NCBI RefSeq assembly: GCF_026571515.1
Contig: NW_026853235.1
Span: 124,001 to 188,000 of the forward strand
Length of the DNA: 64,000 nucleotides
Source of the DNA: Ruditapes philippinarum
Lineage: Eukaryota
Direction of reading: 5' to 3'
Of the stretch, positions 41,701 through 51,289 are shown piece after piece. The notes beneath the pieces were generated by a model. The model saw only the letters and a program-made list of their open reading frames with translations. It was not told the origin of the DNA and searched no databases. The stretch's first letter is position 1, and each line of letters begins with the position of its first letter. The position numbers and the translations under genes are program-made.

Positions 41701-43391
41701 ACACGCTTTAAATGTCGGCGAAAAAGGTCTAACCGGAACACGTTATAAATTAGATGGTTACTGCGTAGAGACCAATACAGCCAATGAATTCCATGGGTGT
41801 GTTTTTCATGGGTGTCCTACTTGCTTTCCAGAAGATCGGGAGGGGACCTTTCACCCCCAAACAAAACAGTCCATGAAGGAACTCTATGCTTTCACGATGA
41901 AAAAAGAAACATTTCATAGAATGCCAGGGAATAAAGTATGTCTGTATTTGGGAACATTAATTTCACGAACAGCTAGAACAAAACACCGAACTGAAAATAT
42001 TTATAGACAATTTAGATTTGACGGACAGATTAGATCCACGGAAAAGTTTCTTTGGATGTAGAACCAATGCCAGTCAACTTTACTACAATGTCCAAGAGGA
42101 TGAAACATATAATACGTTGACTTCACAAGCTTATACCCCTGGGTTAACAAGTATTGTGAATATCCTGTTGGTCATCCGAAAATCATTGTTAAAGATTTTC
42201 AAAATATAAGTCAGTACTTTGGCATTGCAAAAGTTAAGATTTTACCACCAACAGACCTTTATCATCCTGTTTTACCGTACAGATCCAACGGAAAACTGAA
42301 ATTTCCACTCTGTAAGATCTGCGCAGATACCGAAAATCAAGATGACTGCACATGTTCGGACGAAGACAGAACGTTAACTGGCACCTGGTGTACACCTGAA
42401 TTACAGACAGCAGTAAGGCTAGGTTACAAAATTATGAAAATGTACGAAGTATACCACTGGGAAGAAACCACCAAATATGATTCCTCCACAAGAGAAGGGG
42501 GTCTGTTCGCTAAATACATTAACACCTTTCTTAAGTTTAAGCAAGAGGCAAGCGGTCCACCTGATTGGATTAAGAACGAAGAAGATTTATCTAAATACAT
42601 ACAGCAATATTTTGAAAAAGAAGGTGTTTCATTGAAGGTGGAAGAGATCATAAAGAACCCTGGATTAAGAGCATTGGCAAAATTATGCCTAAATAGCTTT
42701 TGGGGCAAGTTTGGACAGCAGCTAAACATGCGACAGACTAACTTTTTTCACAAAACAGAAGTCAGTGAGTTTTTTCAACTGTTTTCCGATACGATGAAAC
42801 AACCGCAAAACTTTCACATTCTCTCAAACGAAATTCTTCAAATGGAATGGACTTACAAAAACGATTGTCAGCCCGAAGATAATAAAACGAACATATACCT
42901 GGCCACCTTTACCACATGCTGGGCTAGACTCAAACTCTACAGCATGTTGGAAGTGTTAAACAGAAGAGTCCTGTATTACGATACAGACAGTGTCATATAT
43001 GTGAGTAGAAAAGGACAATATGATCCACCTTTAGGAGATTACTTGGGTGAATTAACAGACGAATTAAATAGTGACGTATACATTGTAGAGTTTGTGTCAG
43101 GAGGGCCAAAAAACTATGCTTATAAAACCAATAAAAAAAGAATTGTGTAAAGTGAGAGGGTTCACGCTTAATTTCACAAATAGTCAATTAATCAATTTTC
43201 AAAGTGTTAAAACCATTGTGACAAATCCAAAATGTTGTAAAACTATCGTAGTGACAAACCCGAGTAAAATTTGCAGAGACAAACGAAAAAGAAAACTGGT
43301 TAATAGGGAAGAGCAAAAAACGTATCAAATGGTGTATACTAAACGTAGAATATTAGACAATTATGATACTATACCATACGGATATCGATAG
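38719..43391 (+). pseudogene. polB: Protein-primed family B DNA polymerase (pPolB) with Cys-rich N-terminal region and VSR-like nuclease insert; several frameshifts and stops
   Basis: Exonuclease motifs AHNMKGYDGYF, DSLNFLPMKL, FPHFFN, YCRSDVDIL. Insert IQHALNVGE..YKLDGY..EFHGCVFHGC. Polymerase motifs YVDFTSLYP (about 42112-42140), KLCLNSFWGKFG, YYDTDSVIY, KNYAY, KVRGFTLN. Confidence 0.95.
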
Positions 43392-43727
43392 AAAGTAATT
43401 GAATGTGATAAATATGTCAATACTGTTACTTGTTTTTTGTTTGCACAGTTTATGTTATGTACTTGTTGTTTTGTTTTTTGCAGCAGTTGCTCCTAAATTT
43501 GTACGTTTGCATATAAATTCCTCGCTGGTACGTTTCAGTTTTTGTCACTAGCCTTACATGTTTTGCCGGTAATATTATTTATTTTGTCATAACTGTTAAC
43601 ATCTGTGTTACGGATGATTTAAGAAATACAATGTCACTCTCGTATTTATAAATGTTTAACTGAAGTATGTAAGAACAGGTCATTTTTGACTCATTTTGTT
43701 ACGTCTGTTAATAAGAACGTAAAATAA

Positions 43728-44006
43728 ATGAATACTCCAGAAACACATGAATCCGGAAGGGAATCTTTTATTTATTTTCCCAAATCCAATGAAGAAAGTC
43801 GATCAAGCGAGGAAAGGTGGCATTTGTTAGGTACTTGTGTACCCAAAGCCGAAATCGTTTATTTTTGCCAAATGATCATTGTGTACATCATTATCATTAC
43901 CTCGATCGTAAACCTGTCGCTCAGAAACGGCTCCCCAGAACTTTGGATTAGTCTTCTCAGCAGCTGTATCGGTTACGTCTTGCCGAGTCCTAAGATCAAG
44001 AAATAA
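43728..44006 (+). CDS. Small two-TM membrane protein of the Polinton
   Basis: Hydrophobic segments IVYFCQMIIVYIIIITSIVNL and LWISLLSSCIGYVLPSP. Its stop overlaps the ATPase start (TAATG). Confidence 0.7.
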   Translation: MNTPETHESGRESFIYFPKSNEESRSSEERWHLLGTCVPKAEIVYFCQMIIVYIIIITSIVNLSLRNGSPELWISLLSSCIGYVLPSPKIKK

Positions 44007-44914
44007 TGAAGTCTGCATTACCGTTTAAGCCTTGTTCCAGTATATGTATTAGTGGTCAAACCGGAAGTGGAAAAACGCAATGGGTGTATAGGTTTTTGAA
44101 AAACTTGAAGGATATGTATTCTGAAGATCCTCCTTCACACATATTATACTGTTACGGTATACATCAAGACTTATTTGACACGATGGAACAATTCATTCCA
44201 CATTTTGACAGTAAACAGGGTCTACCAACAGCTGAGCAACTGGATGACTTTACCCGGGACAAGAGACATAAGCTGATCATTGTCGATGATCTTATGCACG
44301 AAGTGATGAAACATAAAGATATGGAATTGTTATTTACTCAAGGCTGTCATCATAAGAGGGTTTCTGTCATACTAATTACACAAAACTTGTATCCAGGTGG
44401 TAAACACGCCAGAACTATCGCCTTAAATACCTGGTACATTGTACTAATGAAAAATTTAAGAGATGTCTCGCAGGTAGGAACATTAGGGAGACAAATGTAC
44501 CCTGGAAAAACGAAAGGTTTCATGAAAGCCTATGAAGACGCATTAGAAACGAAGCACGGTTCTTTTTTGGTAGATATGAGCCCACACGCTGAGGAGAGGT
44601 ATCGTCTGAGGACCAATATATTTCCGGGAGAGGATTCCAGTAAGAAGAAGGAAGTTAAAACTTGTAAGAGTAACCATGGTGGAACTCATCAGACAGCAAC
44701 GTCATTTTTTACAACTATTGGTGCAAACATTCCCAGCGCAAAGGAAAGTATTGTTAAGCACGATTACCAGACAACAACTGAAGTCTCTTGCTCAAATTGC
44801 ATACAACGTTCTTCGATTTACTATTGTTATGTATGCAACATATTACATGTATATAGTTTGTATCTGACCAGTTGGTATTTCCAATATTATCATTGTTCTA
44901 TTTTTAGAACATAA
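44006..44914 (+). CDS. A32/FtsK-like genome packaging ATPase; the tail beyond about 44650 is probably spurious read-through
   Basis: Walker A GQTGSGKT, Walker B LIIVDDL, HHKRVSVILITQNLY, RTIALN, RLRTNIFP. Confidence 0.93.
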   Translation: MKSALPFKPCSSICISGQTGSGKTQWVYRFLKNLKDMYSEDPPSHILYCYGIHQDLFDTMEQFIPHFDSKQGLPTAEQLDDFTRDKRHKLIIVDDLMHEVMKHKDMELLFTQGCHHKRVSVILITQNLYPGGKHARTIALNTWYIVLMKNLRDVSQVGTLGRQMYPGKTKGFMKAYEDALETKHGSFLVDMSPHAEERYRLRTNIFPGEDSSKKKEVKTCKSNHGGTHQTATSFFTTIGANIPSAKESIVKHDYQTTTEVSCSNCIQRSSIYYCYVCNILHVYSLYLTSWYFQYYHCSIFRT

Positions 44915-45642
44915 ACTACATGTATGTACTAGAACTTTAATAACTGTTGTAGAAAACTCATGCATTATATTTAGATAGAAATTTCTGGAATGAAATTTAT
45001 TATTGGTGAAGTTGCTAGATTATGATTACTGTAGTAAATGGAAGACTATTCTAGAAACTTCTTAGTTAATATATATAAGGAGACATTTTTCATTACTCTT
45101 ATCTTTAAGTCATCAGTTACCTTTTAAGTCATCAATATATTTGGAGTATTTTACAACTTGGATATTAAGTGATTTATTGGAGCTTGGATTATTTTAAAAT
45201 AGTTAAAATTATTCTTGTGGATTTTATTGTGGGAATTTATTCTAAAGTGTTCTTGGATTTTACTTGGATTTAAATGTGCTATTCAAAAAAGGATCATTCC
45301 AGGATCAGACTAGACATTTGAGATTTCATTTTTATTTGGACTTCAGGTATTTGTAAACATAATTTGTTATTTTATTTTTCTTTAATAATTTTTCTGTAAT
45401 AAATTTGTTATTGTTACAAGTTTGTTGCTGGCTTTTCTTTCTTGTTACGCCTGGCTCGTAACACTATAAAACTGACGTCATCCGAAAAAGTCCGTCTTAA
45501 ACGACAGAGACGTTTTATTTACCTGCTGGGAAACAAGAAGATTGGATTTCAAAAGAAAAAGGAAGCTATCAGAGACAATCAAAGAACTACATATACTTTG
45601 GTTAAAATTACCTCAGTGTATTTAGAACCCCTATTGCAATAA
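44676..45642 (+). pseudogene. Basic core-like Polinton protein interrupted by a solo LTR
   Basis: Removing 44825-45467 joins MVELIRQQRHFLQLL...IAYNVLRFTI to KLTSSEKVRLKRQRRFIYLLGNKK... in frame. Confidence 0.8.
44825..45463. mobile_element. Solo LTR (639 bp); 4-bp TSD suggests Gypsy type
   Basis: TGTTAT...GTAACA termini, CTAT duplicated at 44821-44824 and 45464-45467, internal TATA-like tract and AATAAA. Confidence 0.85.
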
Positions 45643-45863
45643 TGGACAAGTACATTTTGATCCCCTATGACAAATACCAACGCCTATTTCAGCCTAAGTA
45701 CAATGGGTCTGGAGAAGTAAAGGATGATGACAAGACCGAAATTATTCCTAAAATCTTTTTACCACCACCTGGAGAACGTGACAAGAAAATGAAAAGAAAG
45801 CATGTAAAGAAACCAAAAATGACTTATACGGACAGTGTTAAATCTATAAACTGGTTGTATTAA
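45642..45863 (+). CDS. Small Polinton protein of unknown function (73 aa)
   Basis: Start overlaps the upstream stop (TAATG). MDKYILIPYDKYQRL...PPPG...INWLY, followed by AATAAA. Confidence 0.6.
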   Translation: MDKYILIPYDKYQRLFQPKYNGSGEVKDDDKTEIIPKIFLPPPGERDKKMKRKHVKKPKMTYTDSVKSINWLY

Positions 45864-45935
45864 GAAACAACAACGAAGTTCTTTTGTAGTTATCTCTTTT
45901 ATTACTGTATACAAAATAAACGAATACAAATTTTA

Positions 45936-46358
45936 TTATTTGTTTTTATTTACAATGTTGTTAACGTACTGATCATTCAGTGCCCGGTTATACACATTAA
46001 AAGGTTGTACAATGTCCTTCATTTTTATATTCGCATATCTTGTCATGACGTAATACACGCAATAAAGTCCGCAGGTATCTGATTTAGAGTCTTGAATCGG
46101 ATCACATATCATCCAGTACTTGTTTGTTAATACGGTTTCAAACCCCACCTTGTAGTCACTAGGCAGTTTACTGAGAGAATCAAAGAATTCGTAAGGTCCT
46201 CTCCTTGGAAAGTAAAAGGTGACCCAATGTTTTCCGGGTCCATCGCTCGTATCCGTATTAGCAATTACAAATTGTCCCTTTTTAGCGCGTAATTGGTCAG
46301 CCGCACATACTGTTACTGGGTATCCTACGAGTAAACGTTCTAGTTCTAAATTATTCAT
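45936..46358 (-). CDS. Adenain-like cysteine protease (virion maturation)
   Basis: NTDTSDGPGKHWV (His), EFFDS (Asp), Q...SDTCGLYC (Gln, Cys). Confidence 0.92.
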   Translation of the reverse strand: MNNLELERLLVGYPVTVCAADQLRAKKGQFVIANTDTSDGPGKHWVTFYFPRRGPYEFFDSLSKLPSDYKVGFETVLTNKYWMICDPIQDSKSDTCGLYCVYYVMTRYANIKMKDIVQPFNVYNRALNDQYVNNIVNKNK

Positions 46359-47609
46359 TTCACGTACACGGCTTTAGCTTTATCGATATTGAGTACCTCG
46401 GGGAAAGTGGCGTACATAATCAAGGTGACACTCTCTGGTAAAGCCTCAGTGAACTTAAGTTCTAGACGGCAATGTCCCTTCCTTTTTGTATTGAATGAAT
46501 AGTAAGGGTCTATATCAAGAGCGTACAAGCAGTATCCATTCTTGTAATTTTCTTTGGAAATGTTGAGATCGTTTCTGTAGAGAGCTAATGTTCTGTAACA
46601 GTCCACGTAGTGATTGGCCGTATAATTTGGTTGCATCGGCTGACAAGGTAAAGAATGTCCATCGACGTAGAGTCCTACAAAACTGCAGTTTGTAATGTTT
46701 AAAGTTGAATGGGTTCTGTGTGTAATCACCATTAAACGCCGCGCTAGAGACTAGACCTACTATCAGTTTACTTGGTACTAAACCTTGGAATATATCATCT
46801 GCGCTGTAACTGAACTGGCCAGAGGCAATAGCTGTGGTTTTGATCTCTGTGCGTAAGTAAGTGTATATGGCTGGTGTATCTTGAATGAGCTTCTCACGCG
46901 CTATTATTACGCTACTAGTGAGTCGCTGAATGCAGAGTCTGAAATAAGCATCCACTATTTTCACTCGGTAATCTGGACTGATAGCGTCAGTGATGATTCT
47001 AAATGCATCTCGACTAGGATGGAGTTTTATACCGACAGAGACTACGTTGATGAGTAGTTTTGACTGTTGAAACAAATCAATATGTAATGGTCCTTCCATA
47101 TCCACAATCTTACTACCTTTAGTAAGCACGTATCTCATAAATAGTCCACTATTACTGCCCGTTTTACCATCATTGGTACCAACGTCACCCGTATCTTTAA
47201 AGAAGAGTTGACTGGTCAACAAGTTCACCTGCATATTTTCGTTGGACTGTAAAATCGTGTCTATGTAAGCTTTGTAGGGATAATTGATTCCTGTGTGTGA
47301 TAAAGGCGTTTGCTGCAGAGACACATCGACCTGACTGAATATAGTGTGTAAAGGTAGATTGATTGGCCCCACCACCTCGTCTGGGTTTATTGCACTGCCA
47401 TCGCCTTTGACAATTTGAATTTTTAGGTTTAGCACGCTCCTTTTCAGATCCATATAAGCCGAAGACTGGCCCGGTATATTGAATTCGAGAGCGGACGCAT
47501 TTGTCACTTGATTTACTGGCCGGTATGTGATCCATTCTCTCGATTGCAATGACGGGTCTGCAGGGGGTGAAACGAACAAGGACAACTCTTCTTGGTGATA
47601 ATCTTCCAT
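46355..47609 (-). pseudogene. Major capsid protein (double jelly-roll), one frameshift near 46690
   Basis: EELSLF...YRPV...LEFNIPG..AYMDL...LHTIFSQVDV...YPYKAYI...GPLHIDLF...NPFNFKHY, then in the second frame ISKENYKNGYCLYALD...RLELKFTEALPESVTLIMYA. Confidence 0.9.
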
Positions 47610-47690
47610 GTTCTTTAGAACTGAAATTCGGGACCGACAAAGTTAGGTCTCCTTTGCTTAGATGGTTTGCAGGTGAGCACTGTGGTATTC

Positions 47691-47990
47691 TTACGCTTTT
47701 TTTGGTCCTATCTTACTTTGGCCTTCTTGTTCAGCCTTAATACGTCTGACCTCAGACACGGCAATTTCTGTCGCCTGTGCAACGGGTGATACCAGTTTTA
47801 ATGGCGGTGCCTGCTTCATTTCGGTCAGTTTTCTAAGATGATTACCGCTACCGACGATGTAACGGCCTCTGTGATCGGGTCTTACATAACCCTCACTCAT
47901 ATCCTTGAAATGTTGATACCATTTCTCTGGGTCGGGAACATATGGTACCCATTTCATTTGTTTATAATCGTATACTTCTATGGAGCCCAT
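47691..47990 (-). CDS. Small Polinton protein of unknown function (99 aa)
   Basis: Intact ORF between mCP and MCP: WVPYVPDPEKWYQHF...IVGSG...VSPVAQA, with a basic tail. Confidence 0.65.
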   Translation of the reverse strand: MGSIEVYDYKQMKWVPYVPDPEKWYQHFKDMSEGYVRPDHRGRYIVGSGNHLRKLTEMKQAPPLKLVSPVAQATEIAVSEVRRIKAEQEGQSKIGPKKA

Positions 47991-48409
47991 ATTTTCTTAA
48001 AATGTAAAACGCAGTGAAGATCGTTCGATTTGAATTCAACTGGGTATAAATCTTCGTCTCTCAAATACAAATTCAGCGTGTTGAAATGATTCGCTGCCAC
48101 TGGTACGTATATCGGATGCGTGTATTCTACAGCTTGAAGTTTTTTGTATCTGGTGCCCACTTCGATATTTCTAAGTATGGATATTTGCGTGTTTCTGACG
48201 TAAGTTTGCTCCACCAAATCGCAGCATAAATACAGTCTTTTACTTTGAGGTGTAAAATCGCAGGTGAGAGAAATTTCTGTTAAGGCACAGGTCCAACGTC
48301 CTTCCAACGTATACGACTTGGGAAACTGAATATAAAAGTCTGATGGATTGTTGTTCTTACGTATGTTCTGAGAATATGCACTGTTAAGATAAAGATAAAA
48401 GTCGGACAT
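47978..48409 (-). CDS. Minor capsid protein (penton, single jelly-roll)
   Basis: MSDFYLYLNS...NNPSDF..FPKSYTLEGRWTCALTEI...LYLCCDLVE...ILRNI...YVPV...LRDE...CVLHFK. ATG at 48409. Confidence 0.85.
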   Translation of the reverse strand: MSDFYLYLNSAYSQNIRKNNNPSDFYIQFPKSYTLEGRWTCALTEISLTCDFTPQSKRLYLCCDLVEQTYVRNTQISILRNIEVGTRYKKLQAVEYTHPIYVPVAANHFNTLNLYLRDEDLYPVEFKSNDLHCVLHFKKIWAP

Positions 48410-48449
48410 GTTTGTTTTGTTTTTTATATTTATGCGAGTCTTTGCTTTC

Positions 48450-48797
48450 TTACGCTTCTCTGGTGGATCTGACTTCGTCCAGGATAGTATCAAAGAGGTA
48501 TGGAGGTCTTAACAACACGGTTACCAGAGTGTGATGACGTCTTATCAACGATTTCTTTCTAGTCTGTGACACGTGTCTGGAAGCCAAGGACCGTAGCAAA
48601 AGTCGTCTTCTTTCAATTAATTGAACGTCTCTTCTCAAGGGATTAATGGTTCCATTCACCAATCTCTTGGCCACTTGAGCTATAGCCTTCATTTGACTAA
48701 CCGTCATATTGGTGATCATATTTTTTCTGGCAGTTATAGTGGCATCCTTTAAGTGGAGAAGATAATTGAGTTTACGGTACACCTGAGACTGGTTCAT
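48450..48797 (-). CDS. Basic core-like Polinton protein; apparent paralog of 44676-45642
   Basis: Shared pattern L..L.......RK.ll...T..Q.K..AQ.A......TI......L.R.R.....L......Q.KK..IR; Arg/Lys-rich. Confidence 0.7.
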   Translation of the reverse strand: MNQSQVYRKLNYLLHLKDATITARKNMITNMTVSQMKAIAQVAKRLVNGTINPLRRDVQLIERRRLLLRSLASRHVSQTRKKSLIRRHHTLVTVLLRPPYLFDTILDEVRSTREA

Positions 48798-49344
48798 GGT
48801 TGATTTCTCTTAACATCAACTCCTTCTTACGCGTGTACTGTTCCAGTTCAACGAGTACAGGATAGACCACGTCATCGATCTGTGAGAGAAATTTAATTCC
48901 CGTTATAACCACCTTACCACTGTGGAAACAACAAAAGTTCATGTTATCCCTCTTAAGGTTAAGAGCTGGAAAGAGGTCCGGTTCATACATCACATGTCTT
49001 TCCGCTGCTAACTGTTTTAAATCTAGCGATGAACTTAAAGTATGACAGCAAGATACGGTTAAACACTTGATGCTTGTTAACTTGACTTGTAAGCCAAGTT
49101 TTTGAAGTTTTCTGGCGTATCGTCGTAAACGTAATCGCCCTTCCTTAACGCTGGCTGCTTTTCCATTACAGTTGAAACTGCCATTAGAAAACACTAAACA
49201 GTTTCCACCGATGGTTTTGTGTTGCCAAATAAGTCCGGGAAATTTTCTTGGCTCGTACCTCGCATTTGAAATGCGGTAACATAAATGTCGCAAGTTGATA
49301 GGACAGAATTATTTGGCACTGGTTACAACGTTTGTGATGATCAT
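48772..49344 (-). pseudogene. Divergent minimal TATA-binding protein (TBP) homolog; one premature TAA at 49309-49311
   Basis: MIITNVVTSAK*FCPINL...ARYEPRKFPGLIW...CLVFSNG...RRYARKLQKLGL...LDLKQLA...MYEPDLFPAL...CFHSGKVVITG. Both TBP core repeats are present. Confidence 0.92.
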
Positions 49345-49421
49345 AACTGGTTAATAGCTAACCTTTAAGTGAAAGTAAACAGTCAATTTATTACCTATAA
49401 ACTGAGGTAAAAATCACGTGA

Positions 49422-50530
49422 CTAGGAGTACTGTGTTACTTCTGTTTCCGGGATCCAGCTGTCGTATTTTTAGGCCAATGCAACCACCTGACCATTACCT
49501 CACGCTGATTGTTTCGAGTCCTTTTCTTCAGTATTTTTTCAATATGGTATGCTGTCGTCTCATCCACACTAACCGCTTGTAGTTCATGCTCATAAAATGT
49601 ACCGTCTATCAATTCACCGTCCCAGTTCACCAGTCTGTAGATTGGTAGATCCTGTCTTCTATAACGCGTTTTAATTTTAAAGATTTCACAAGTCCATTTC
49701 TAAGAATATTCCCGATCAAACACGTTTCGCACGTGTGACACACGTACTGTTTGACCTATTTTAAAGTTGTATCTTATTCTTCTCTGCTTCAGCTTTATTT
49801 CCTTTGGTTCTCAGTAAGTACTGCTGCAGCCGGCTTTTTCCTTCAGTCTCTACACTAATGCTTGCAGGATGGGTCCCCAAACTACGATTTAATGTATGAT
49901 TATAACTATGTATCATATTTTGAAAAACTTCTATATAGAGCTGTGTTTTGTTTTTCAGCATATATCTGAAAATCTTATGTTTGATTGTCTTAATAAATCT
50001 CTCGGCATAATTAGCTTTGGTTTCGGTGTTCAGGGCATACAAATGATGTACATGTTGACCTTGTAAATATCTTTTTACGTCCTTGCTTCTAAACTCCATT
50101 CCTCTGTCTGTGCGGATGGTATTTGGTTTCCGTGAGTTTGAAAGTATCTGTGCTAAAGCTAAAACTACCTGACTTCCCTTTTTAGTTTTGATGGGTTGGG
50201 CCTGAGCATAACGGGAAAAATATCTATGGCCACAAAGATGTCTTTATAACCGTCATTTTGTTTTGACACGTCACTCATATCCATTAAGTCCAAATCCCAC
50301 TGACTATCAACCCCGTTCACAATCACTCTAGAACGTTTGAAACGACGCCTGGCCCCTCTTGTCAAAGAATAGGATTCTTGATCTTGTAACCATTTTCGTA
50401 TTTTATGTCTCCCGATGTTATATATATTCTCCTTCTTCACGTATTAATATAATTTCTCAGGACCACCGAAACTAGCTGAATGTTTCGGGTCAAAGTACAA
50501 AGATGACAAATAATGCCTCCAGTTTGTCAT
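49422..50530 (-). pseudogene. Retroviral-like (DDE) integrase with C-terminal chromodomain; multiple lesions
   Basis: YFDPKHSASFGG, QWDLDLMDM, IDIF, RTDRGMEF, AERFIKTIK, YNHT, GTFYEHELQ; chromodomain YHIEKILKKR...VRWLHWP..YDSWIP. Confidence 0.93.
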
Positions 50531-50630
50531 GTTTTTATCTTTGCACAATTTTAACTAATTCTTACACAACTGAAATATCTTATATGCATTACAAAGTCAT
50601 ATTCTAATATTTACAACAAAGAAAATTAAA

Positions 50631-50789
50631 TTATAAAACAGTTGCAGTCCTATTTTCATCCATATTAATTCCTAAAACTTCAAATAATCTTTCAACAACT
50701 TCGATGGCTTCTTGCTTTAACTGTCTATATCTTAACCACCATTCAAAGTCTCTAAACAGTGACAAAATAACAAATGCAAAACCAATCAT
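50631..50789 (-). CDS. Possible 52-aa ORF with hydrophobic N-terminus
   Basis: MIGFAFVILSLFRDFEWWLRYRQLKQEAIEVVERLFEVLGINMDENRTATVL; starts 2 nt after the BIR gene stop. Confidence 0.35.
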   Translation of the reverse strand: MIGFAFVILSLFRDFEWWLRYRQLKQEAIEVVERLFEVLGINMDENRTATVL

Positions 50790-50791
50790 GA

Positions 50792-51205
50792 TTAATAGCG
50801 ATTAAAATGTTTTCCTATAAATAAATTAGATCCAGTAGAACTGTTTGATTCCGGTGCAGTTCCAAAACCGAAGGTATTGTTACAAATTCCATGTAATGTG
50901 ACAATTCTATCACCACTCTTGTACCCAGTCATTCTCAGATAGATACACTCTGGAGACCAATTTGCGTGTTCTTCCCAATGTTCGTCTTTCGGTTCCTAGG
51001 ACATCAAGTTTATGCCACAGGCAAAACACATAACTTTATCGACATTACCTGTATAATAAAATCCCGCTTTGGTTAACGCTTCTTTACCCTGTTTTATTTG
51101 TTTCGACCAGTGTTCAAACGTTACCAGCCGATCATCATAAAACTTCATGTCTAGCTTGAAAAACATTGATGATCTCACTGAATCGCTTTTGGTAAAAAAA
51201 TTCAT
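50792..51205 (-). pseudogene. Single-BIR inhibitor-of-apoptosis-like protein; conserved Trp codon replaced by TAG at 50996-50998
   Basis: RLVTFEHW...LTKAGFYYTGNVDKVMCFACGINLMS*EPKDEHWEEHANWSPEC, i.e. the CX2C...HX6C BIR signature. Confidence 0.92.
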
Positions 51206-51289
51206 ATCAGTAAATCAATGTTCTTAAAACGTGTCAAATCTATAAGTTTTATACCTCATCAAAGCACGAACAGACACCAAGTAATTTGA

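Noticed and set aside
44650-44914. C-terminal extension of the packaging ATPase
   Set aside because: It overlaps the next gene out of frame and runs into the solo LTR, so it is probably read-through after loss of the original stop.
47197-47640. Alternative-frame and antisense ORFs over MCP, pPolB, BEL pol and the B-box exon
   Set aside because: Shadow ORFs of real coding sequence, with no independent motifs.
48772-49344. Host TBP or TRF2 locus
   Set aside because: Intronless, far more divergent than cellular TBPs, lacks an N-terminal extension, overlaps a Polinton ORF and lies inside the TIRs. It also keeps the Phe residues that TRF2 lacks.
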